Positions 27,501 to 33,319 of a stretch of DNA of 34,288 nt are shown here, piece by piece (within the stretch, counting starts at the first letter, position 1; every line of letters begins with the position of its first letter). Position numbers and translations under genes: made by a program. Source of the DNA: Nitrospirae bacterium RBG_13_39_12. Lineage in GTDB: Bacteria; Nitrospirota; Thermodesulfovibrionia; Thermodesulfovibrionales; SM23-35. Where the stretch lies: assembly GCA_001805125.1 (NCBI GenBank), contig MHEF01000022.1, positions 1-34,288 of the forward strand, written 5' to 3'. The notes beneath the pieces are model-generated. The model was not told where the DNA came from, did no database searches, and was given only the letters and a program-made list of their open reading frames with translations.

Positions 27501-28666
27501 TAATAAAACAGACGGGCAAGCCCTGGTTTGTTTGGGACTGTTATAGGCGCTTCTTGCAAGGTTGGGGAATGTCTTTTGGCATTGAAAGGGACAGATTTGA
27601 TTATGTCATCAATTCTTTTAAAAATAAATACAAGGTTCCAAGAAAAATTCAGTTTACTCCTGAACAGATGAGAGAGGTGGCGCTTGCTTATCGTGAAATC
27701 ATTAAAAGTAAAGGGATAGAAGTGGTTGATGATCCGAGAATCCAACTTGAGACAGCAATATCTCAGGTTTTTCAATCCTGGTTTTCTAAAAAGGCCCATG
27801 ATTACCGTGAGATACTTGGTCTTTCTGAAAACTGGGGGACAGCAGTCATTGTACAGGCAATGGTTTATGGTAACCTGGATATTAACTCAGGCACAGGTGT
27901 TCTTTTTACACGCAATCCAAAGGAGTCCGGAGACAGGGTGATGCTATGGGGTGATTTTGCTTTGAGAGCACAGGGCGAGGATATAGTATCGGGACTGATA
28001 AAGACATTGCCTTTATCTAAAGAGCAACAGGATATTGAAGAGAGAACACAAGACATTTCATTGGAAGAAAGTTTTCCAGAGATATATAATATGTTGTTGA
28101 AAATAGTCAAGGACTTAATTTATAAAGAAAGATGGGGTGCTCAGGAAATCGAATTCACCTTCGAAGGTAAAGATAAGGATAAACTTTATATCCTCCAGGC
28201 ACGTGACATGTCTATCAGAAGGACAGAAAGTTTTATGGCATTTGTTCCATCTAAAGAGCTTTATTTAAAATATCTTTCCAATGGGATAGGAGTAGGCGGT
28301 GGTGCACTGAGTGGAAGAGTTGTTTTTGATTTAAACGGAATTAAAGAGTTCAGAGAAAAAGACCCGGACATACCACTTATTTTGATTCGATCAGATACCG
28401 TTCCTGATGATATCAGGCATATTTCAGAATCTGATGGACTTCTTACCGCACGTGGTGGTTCAACTTCTCATGCAGCAATTATTGCAAACCGGCTCGGAAA
28501 AACCTGTGTGGTAGGGTGTAATAATTTAATTGTATTGGAACATGAAAAAAAATGTAAATTCAAAAGACGTACTTTAAAAGAGGGTGATTACTTGAGCATT
28601 GATGGCAGGAACGGCTCGGTTTATATGGGCAGACATCAGGTGAAGGAAATCAGAATATCAGCATGA
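24515..28666 (+). CDS. large multidomain dikinase-like protein: unassigned ~885-aa N-terminal region + PPDK-type nucleotide-binding (ATP-grasp) domain + phospho-histidine swivel domain; no PEP/pyruvate TIM-barrel domain
   Basis: The ORF is open from TTG 24509, but ATG 24515 sits 6 nt after AAGGA. All aa numbers for this gene count from the TTG at 24509. PPDK-like blocks at aa ~893-1240 (nt ~27185-28228) are 'LGNKGYNL', 'SIRSGGAISLPGMMISFLNVG', 'WDCYRRFLQGWG', 'GTGVLFTRNP...AQGEDIVSG' and 'QEIEFTFE...LYILQARD'. The swivel domain at aa ~1255-1380 has 'LLTARGGSTSHAAIIANRLGKTCVVGC' (His1321 at nt 28469-28471). The protein ends right after 'SIDGRNGSVYMG'. Confidence 0.8.
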   Translation: MASDIQTATSSKYEILREVVKDYPGILSSTEPLLNELNNHPKKWGTVVKEMRTYAMKNFYLHDHYEKGIEAVSTIIDVLLEAITLSDIPVQQAAIDCLLFYLEKILLDCENIKKYKSVLNECFTNLNNLPEKQFFLLITNPHQLKKLGQIILTKMPAGFDFEELNNLLYRSLLITYKYWLNVEDPVKWFKKTIDTSLGEKFNNEIEESFYSVSHDNFNSLILHLKSIKKLKDQSLFLEELLRLPGFLQLVKFYEDITSTLPQTGDIYKDFNLKVSYLLKILETNGLSSIHESTFREINRTISNAIKNVPPYKIKDILSETFAILKNSNNIYPEAALYCIQGIGNEIFNLNDSNLVEWYIQKIIPLGFQYPNIKGATDEWQVKSNHAHLENIRVWLELIENNPKWSKSLISALIINITLGGIHISDTDLFQKDITKLLNSDIKPVYYLIKQLAKLFPAYFSEIGAEGALREVSTELDEINGRSDLLVHFLRKQSHVESSARVVSLIEEIIKFWLTRDKASLKEFLPEDIYPHVDSSGIYIDELNIIFSSIFNSKGISNITDLLNLKEEDFKAITDEIPNVSEKEKRRALLTIKFYKLLDKKYKLNPRDIKDQLKISQGLGLPNTELLINILEKGNVYERLEGILGYLQLLKDIILSPERYEAVENIFRKRHIAAGIPSMYGSYHERKFDALSLTFRLENYANILFEELINSINLKFITRASLFQIKNFIKLFFTAMQLDGISSSRLENTLELLSVALEVRRFTFTQYIDIFRSFSEAVQDIVNTYYSGIHKNNLRHIILQLGSDKILPKYFVQHDRHSDFELINMVTEAFLRDFVSSSFGLQQLDNFIIKILKTLFKQAEDLDIQNLDLLMSYDPKKALSSIYTPNKATYDRIHLGNKGYNLIRMSSLDISVPPGFIITSEVFRCRQAINKFRFVRDNLNKKINKQILELERVTGKYFGHIDNPLLVSIRSGGAISLPGMMISFLNVGINEDIVAGLIKQTGKPWFVWDCYRRFLQGWGMSFGIERDRFDYVINSFKNKYKVPRKIQFTPEQMREVALAYREIIKSKGIEVVDDPRIQLETAISQVFQSWFSKKAHDYREILGLSENWGTAVIVQAMVYGNLDINSGTGVLFTRNPKESGDRVMLWGDFALRAQGEDIVSGLIKTLPLSKEQQDIEERTQDISLEESFPEIYNMLLKIVKDLIYKERWGAQEIEFTFEGKDKDKLYILQARDMSIRRTESFMAFVPSKELYLKYLSNGIGVGGGALSGRVVFDLNGIKEFREKDPDIPLILIRSDTVPDDIRHISESDGLLTARGGSTSHAAIIANRLGKTCVVGCNNLIVLEHEKKCKFKRRTLKEGDYLSIDGRNGSVYMGRHQVKEIRISA

Positions 28667-28713
28667 CACCCGGATATTAACATTGAATAATTATAAAGGG
28701 GGTTACAAATAAT

Positions 28714-29991
28714 ATGGCTTTAAAAGGGAAAGTAAAAATGATATCTGAAAATAAACCTGTCCTTGGCATAAACGGTTTGGGTAGAATCGGGAAGCTAACA
28801 CTCTGGCATCATATATCCAGAAAATATTTTTCAGATATAATCATAAACATCGGAAGAAAAGTTGGGACTAAAATAGAGGACATCGCCCTTTATATTGAGA
28901 AAGATTCTACTTATGGAACATTACAACGCTATATTTACGGTCACAAGGAAAAAAGAATAATCAATAACCTTAATGAAGACAAGGGTACCATGCTAATAGA
29001 CGGCATTCCGGTAACTGTCTTAAGGGAAACACGTAACCCGAAAAATATCCCTTGGAGTAATTATGGGGCAAAGGTAGTTGTTGAAAGTACCGGCGTTTTC
29101 AAAGACCCTACAACTCCCCCTGATGATAAAAACGGCTCTGCAAGGGGGCACCTGGATGCAGGTGTGCAAAAAGTAATTGTTTCAGCACCCTTTAAAATTA
29201 AAACAAAAGGTCTATCAACTCCTGATGATGCAACAACTATCGTAATAGGTATCAACGACGACAAATACGATCATGCTAAACATCATATTATTTCAGCCGC
29301 ATCATGTACTACTACCTGTCTTGCATATATGATAAAGCCCCTACTGGATTACTTCGGTCAGAAGAAAATCCTGAGTGCCTCAATGGCAACGATCCATGCT
29401 GTAACTGGTACACAGGAGGTACTTGACAGACTTCCAAGCGCTGGTGCAACTGATTTAAGGAAAAACAGAAGTGTTATGAATAATATTATTCTGACTACTA
29501 CCGGTGCAGCTAAAACCCTTGGGCTTGTAATCCCTGAAATGAATAAAATAGGATTTATAGCTGAATCAGTGCGCATACCGATCGCTACAGGATCATTAAT
29601 TATTCTGGTACTTGCTTTTTGCGACGAAGTAGGAGGTCCTACAATTAATAGAAATCTCATTAATAACATTTATCGTGATGCTGAGAAGAAGGATAAAATG
29701 GGTTATATCAAGTATACAGATGAACAGAATGTATCTTCGGATATAATTGGAATGTTCGGTCCAGCTACAATTATTGAAGGTAATGAGACACACACAAGAA
29801 CAGCTTTTGTAGATCTTGACCCCTCAAAACTTTTAAAAGCACCAGGTTTAACCTCAGGTCAACTCCCTTCCAGTCTTGAAATACCAATTACGCAAGCCTC
29901 TATTTACGGATGGTATGATAATGAGTTGGGGAGCTATACCAAGATGCTCGGCGATCTTACTGTCAAGGTAGCTTCTATGGTTTATCAGTAG
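28714..29991 (+). CDS. glyceraldehyde-3-phosphate dehydrogenase-like dehydrogenase (long form with insertions)
   Basis: 425 aa. It has the NAD loop 'LGINGLGRIGK', the catalytic 'SAASCTTTCLA' (Cys198 at nt 29305-29307), 'TIHAVTGTQ', 'TTGAAKTLG', 'SVRIP' and 'GWYDNELGSY'. It is about 90 aa longer than canonical Gap because of several insertions. An alternative start is ATG 28738. It lies 47 nt downstream of the dikinase-like gene. Confidence 0.8.
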   Translation: MALKGKVKMISENKPVLGINGLGRIGKLTLWHHISRKYFSDIIINIGRKVGTKIEDIALYIEKDSTYGTLQRYIYGHKEKRIINNLNEDKGTMLIDGIPVTVLRETRNPKNIPWSNYGAKVVVESTGVFKDPTTPPDDKNGSARGHLDAGVQKVIVSAPFKIKTKGLSTPDDATTIVIGINDDKYDHAKHHIISAASCTTTCLAYMIKPLLDYFGQKKILSASMATIHAVTGTQEVLDRLPSAGATDLRKNRSVMNNIILTTTGAAKTLGLVIPEMNKIGFIAESVRIPIATGSLIILVLAFCDEVGGPTINRNLINNIYRDAEKKDKMGYIKYTDEQNVSSDIIGMFGPATIIEGNETHTRTAFVDLDPSKLLKAPGLTSGQLPSSLEIPITQASIYGWYDNELGSYTKMLGDLTVKVASMVYQ

Positions 29992-30028
29992 AGTAACGCT
30001 ATACTTTATAAATAATTGTTAATATTTT

Positions 30029-30142
30029 ATGAATATTGCAATCTTAGACGCTCCCGGATGTGTAGGTCGCACAATTGTAAAAAAACTTCTCAATTATTCA
30101 CACTACAAGATTACTGCTTCATATCGCAAAGATGAAATATGA
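30029..30142 (+). pseudogene. 37-codon stub resembling the N-terminus of an NAD(P)-binding Rossmann (NmrA/SDR-like) protein
   Basis: 'MNIAILDAPGCVGRTIVKKLLNYSHYKITASYRKDEI*' resembles 'MKIAILGATGxVGxxIvxxLL...H.V.a..R' with a degraded glycine motif. It terminates after the first beta-alpha-beta unit. Confidence 0.35.
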
Positions 30143-30146
30143 TTTG

Positions 30147-30686
30147 TTATAGACCGGAGGTGCTCTTTTCGTTATTTTCTTTTAGAACTGTATTTATAAA
30201 ATCTGACTTGCCTTTTGTGTAGTTCTCTCTATCAGAAAGATATCTCATTGCCAGGTTCTTTTTTAATTCCTGATATTTTATTCTAATGTTTTTATTGCCT
30301 CTCAAGATTTCTCTGAATGTTATCCATTGTTTCCAATATTCGGTGTTACCATCTACTATGTGAAGATGGAATTGCCTTGGGTTTCCTTTAACAAAAAAAT
30401 GTCTTCCCGGAAGATCATATTCACCTTTGTACAAATACTCCAATTTTGAAAGGGGCTCAATTATTTCAGGCACATCTTTTATGTCATTTATCAGGACAGC
30501 GATGTCAATGATTGGTTTTGCATCTAATCCTGGCACAGAAGTGCTTCCTATATGCTCAATCTGATTGAAATATCCATTAAAAACATTTAACAAGAGTTCT
30601 TTTTCATTTGTGAACTTTTGACTCCATTCTTCCTTATGGGAGATAAGTTCTATCTCTTCGCTGTCTAAATCTTTATCACGTGACAT
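30147..30686 (-). CDS. GrpB-family (nucleotidyltransferase-fold) protein
   Basis: 179 aa. 'IEHIGSTSVPGLDAKPIIDI', 'HLHIV' and 'FRDxLR'-like 'FREILRGN' fit the GrpB pattern. Confidence 0.85.
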   Translation of the reverse strand: MSRDKDLDSEEIELISHKEEWSQKFTNEKELLLNVFNGYFNQIEHIGSTSVPGLDAKPIIDIAVLINDIKDVPEIIEPLSKLEYLYKGEYDLPGRHFFVKGNPRQFHLHIVDGNTEYWKQWITFREILRGNKNIRIKYQELKKNLAMRYLSDRENYTKGKSDFINTVLKENNEKSTSGL

Positions 30687-30766
30687 ATTTACTGTTCAAT
30701 ATAGTATCATGTCTTATAAATAAGTTCGTACAGTCTTTCATTATTATGAAAGCAGGAATATAGTCA

Positions 30767-31663
30767 TTAAAACTTAAAGTATGAATTTATTACCTTTCCG
30801 TCGCTTCCGAATATTACTTCTGCAACAAAATGCTCTCCTGGTAAAAAAGAATAAGCAAGATCACGCCAGACTACAGTAATATTTTTTGCATCCATCTTCA
30901 CCTCAGCATAAGGGTACCGAGCAAAATAAATATAATTTTTTATAACCTTGGTATCTTCTGAAAGTTTAATAAATGGATCTTTATCATTTATTAAATATGT
31001 TTCCTGCATACATATCCTTTGAGTAAAGAGATCCGCAAAACCTGTTTTCATCTCATTGCCGGACTTCGCAATAAACCACCATCTCAGAAAGTCATTAGGC
31101 AGGGGAGATACCATATATGTATTGGCGTCCATCCTTTCCTTTAAAAATTCCTTTGTCCTGTCATGGAGATAATTCCTGCTGCCTGTGTAAGCAACCAGGA
31201 GAAATACTGTCACGAGAGCTATGGTTATAGCCCTTTTTTTATTAAACTTACAAAGAATTACCGACAAAAGAAGTCCTAAAGTTATATAAGGGTCAAAGAT
31301 AAATATAAGGTCAAGGGAATATTGATACCAGTCAAGCGGTGAAAGGATTCGTGTACCATATTGGTTCGTGAGATCCATAAAAAGGTGGACAGAATAACCT
31401 ATGAACGCCAAAAAAGAATAGTAAAAAAACCTCTTTTTATGACTAAATATAATTCCTATTATTATTGGTACAACGAATAAGGCAAGTATGCCATGCGATA
31501 TCCCCCTGTGATATCTTAAAAAGACATCCGCTCCCCAGAGTCGTGTTATAAAGTCAAAATCAGGTGCAATTGATGAAAGGAGCAAAACCCAGAAAGACGT
31601 CCTCTGCTTGAAACCAAGGTTATAAATTGTCGTACCTGCAAGTCCGTGAGTTATAGGATCCAT
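30767..31663 (-). CDS. membrane-bound metal-dependent hydrolase (YdjM/DUF457-like)
   Basis: 298 aa. It has the N-terminal 'MDPITHGLAG', several TM helices with His-rich motifs ('HRGISHG', 'HLFMDL') and an extra soluble C-terminal region. Confidence 0.7.
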   Translation of the reverse strand: MDPITHGLAGTTIYNLGFKQRTSFWVLLLSSIAPDFDFITRLWGADVFLRYHRGISHGILALFVVPIIIGIIFSHKKRFFYYSFLAFIGYSVHLFMDLTNQYGTRILSPLDWYQYSLDLIFIFDPYITLGLLLSVILCKFNKKRAITIALVTVFLLVAYTGSRNYLHDRTKEFLKERMDANTYMVSPLPNDFLRWWFIAKSGNEMKTGFADLFTQRICMQETYLINDKDPFIKLSEDTKVIKNYIYFARYPYAEVKMDAKNITVVWRDLAYSFLPGEHFVAEVIFGSDGKVINSYFKF

Positions 31664-31747
31664 AATTTATATAAAAATATTACCTTCTAATTCCTAATAA
31701 TAGCAAAAAGAATAGTATAAGCCAATTTAAAGAATTTAAAGTGAAAC

Positions 31748-32041
31748 TCCTCGCCCCAAGGAGCGGGGCATCTTAGGCGCAGCTCAAAGCTGCTGCGCAG
31801 GCCCTTGCTCTATATCTCTATGATGCTTGATATATTTATCAATGATTTGACGAGTCAGACGTTCTCCAACTGTCCTAGCGAAGTATCCGTCTTCCCAAAG
31901 TTCACCAGACCAAAGCCGCTTCTTCAATCGCGGATACACGCGGAACAGTTCCCTCGCACTTATGCTTTTTATTATCCTTACCACATCACCAATAAAATGC
32001 TTCGGTGCAAACTAAACCAATATGTCCACTTTTTCTATCCT
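31748..32041 (-). mobile_element. IS200/IS605-family tnpA fossil (C-terminal two-thirds, inactivated) with GC-rich subterminal hairpins
   Basis: The minus-strand translation is 'IEKVDILV*FAPKHFIGDVVRIIKSISARELFRVYPRLKKRLWSGELWEDGYFARTVGERLTRQIIDKYIKHH'. It aligns to the Y1 (HUH) transposase pattern '..HvHLLv..pPk.s.s..v...Kg.ssr.l...fp.lkk..W...fW..gYf..TvG......i..YI..Q'. The HUH histidines are lost, there is an in-frame TAG at 32012-32014 and the N-terminal ~60 aa are missing. GC-rich hairpins lie at 31753-31769 (GCCCC/GGGGC) and 31777-31798 (GCGCAGC/GCTGCGC). Confidence 0.7.
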
Positions 32042-32049
32042 ACCTCTAA

Positions 32050-32406
32050 GCGATAGGTGCATTTCTAATTTGTGGTATAGGGATATTATCTATAGTGATA
32101 CTTATTGTAAACGAAAGGAGAATAGAAATCGGTATCAGGAGGGCAGTCGGTTCCAAAAAGCGTGACATTATTCTTCAATTTCTATTGGAGTCATCATTAT
32201 CTCGTTCAGCGGCGGTACCGTAGGAGTTGTGATAAGTTTTTTTTGCATCAATTATTATCTTTTTAATAACAAACCTTCCATTAGCCATATCTCCAGCAGG
32301 ATTTATAATCTCATTCTTCGCATCCGTTGGTGTTGGCATAACGGCTGGTATATATCCATCAAAAAGAGCAACTACCATCCAGCCTGTGGACGTAATAAGG
32401 TCATAG
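32050..32406 (+). pseudogene. 5'-truncated, twice-frameshifted C-terminal fragment of an FtsX/MacB-type ABC transporter permease
   Basis: Joining three frame segments gives 'GIGILSIVILIVNERRIEIGIRRAVGSKKRDIILQFLLE / VIIISFSGGTVGVVISFF / ASIIIFLITNLPLAISPAGFIISFFASVGVGITAGIYPSKRATTIQPVDVIRS*'. This is the conserved FtsX TM2-loop-TM3-TM4 end. The frame changes near 32190 and at the T8 run 32237-32244. Segment 1 hits a TAG at 32221. Confidence 0.7.
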
Positions 32407-33252
32407 CCTATATCCTTGTTTCTGTTTTTTTTCTCCGCCTTTAATTATAAGGTACCCAGAATAAATGATTAAAATACCACCAATTAATGACATACTTCGA
32501 GGAACCTCATTAAAAATAATGAGTGCAAATAACATGGCACCAACCGGTTCGATATAACCAAGTATGGCTGCCTTGCTCGCCTTAATTTCTTTCAATCCTC
32601 TGATATATAATAATGGTGCTGCTGTAGAATGTAAAATTCCTAACAAAATAAAATACCATGCAGTTTCCAGTGGTATCTCCTTTATAAATGGCAAAAGAAT
32701 TAGCACTACTACAAGATTCTGAAAAAACGTTATTACCAGAGTATTGAATCTCTGTGCCAGTGATCTTCCTATTATAATAATCAAAGCATACGAAAGACCG
32801 GACAGAACCCCTGCAATTATTCCTTTAACATCCTGCTCGGACAAAGATAAACCTTTCAGCATCAATAGAAGACCTGCAGTAGATATGATTATTGCAGTTA
32901 TAACAATCCTGTCAATAGATTCCTTTAGCAAAACAGGAGAAAGCATGGCAACAAAAATAGGTGCTGTATAATGTGTAAGTACTGCGTTAGCTATACTGGT
33001 ATTTGCAAAAGAATAATAAAATAAAAGACTATTCATAATAAAGATAGGACCGAGTAAAAAAAGATACAGTATTTTCCGTGTTTTTGGAATCCTTTTATGT
33101 TCACCTGTCGACAATAAGATCAAACTCTGAGTAATCAAAGCTACCAGTGCAGGGAAAAATATAAGATTAATTAAATCAGTGTTGGCCATCCTGACGATAA
33201 TACCAAGAGAACTCCAGATAAAAATTGCTATTAATATATAAAGGGACGCCAT
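32401..33252 (-). CDS. EamA/DMT-family transporter
   Basis: 283 aa with ten predicted TM helices in two EamA-like halves ('IWSSLGIIVR', 'LGYIEPVGAMLFALIIFNE'). Confidence 0.85.
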   Translation of the reverse strand: MASLYILIAIFIWSSLGIIVRMANTDLINLIFFPALVALITQSLILLSTGEHKRIPKTRKILYLFLLGPIFIMNSLLFYYSFANTSIANAVLTHYTAPIFVAMLSPVLLKESIDRIVITAIIISTAGLLLMLKGLSLSEQDVKGIIAGVLSGLSYALIIIIGRSLAQRFNTLVITFFQNLVVVLILLPFIKEIPLETAWYFILLGILHSTAAPLLYIRGLKEIKASKAAILGYIEPVGAMLFALIIFNEVPRSMSLIGGILIIYSGYLIIKGGEKKQKQGYRL

Positions 33253-33319
33253 ATTTATCAGTATATGGCAAGCAACCTACAGCAGGCAGCAGTCAATGTA
33301 AAAAGTAGCATATTATCCA

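Noticed and set aside
31805-32056. 83-aa plus-strand ORF over the IS200 remnant.
   Set aside because: It is antisense to the recognisable tnpA frame and has no family similarity.
32175-32444. ORFs 32175-32378 (-) and 32229-32444 (+), called as separate small proteins.
   Set aside because: The plus-strand one is the wrong-frame continuation of the decayed FtsX fragment. The minus-strand one is its antisense shadow.
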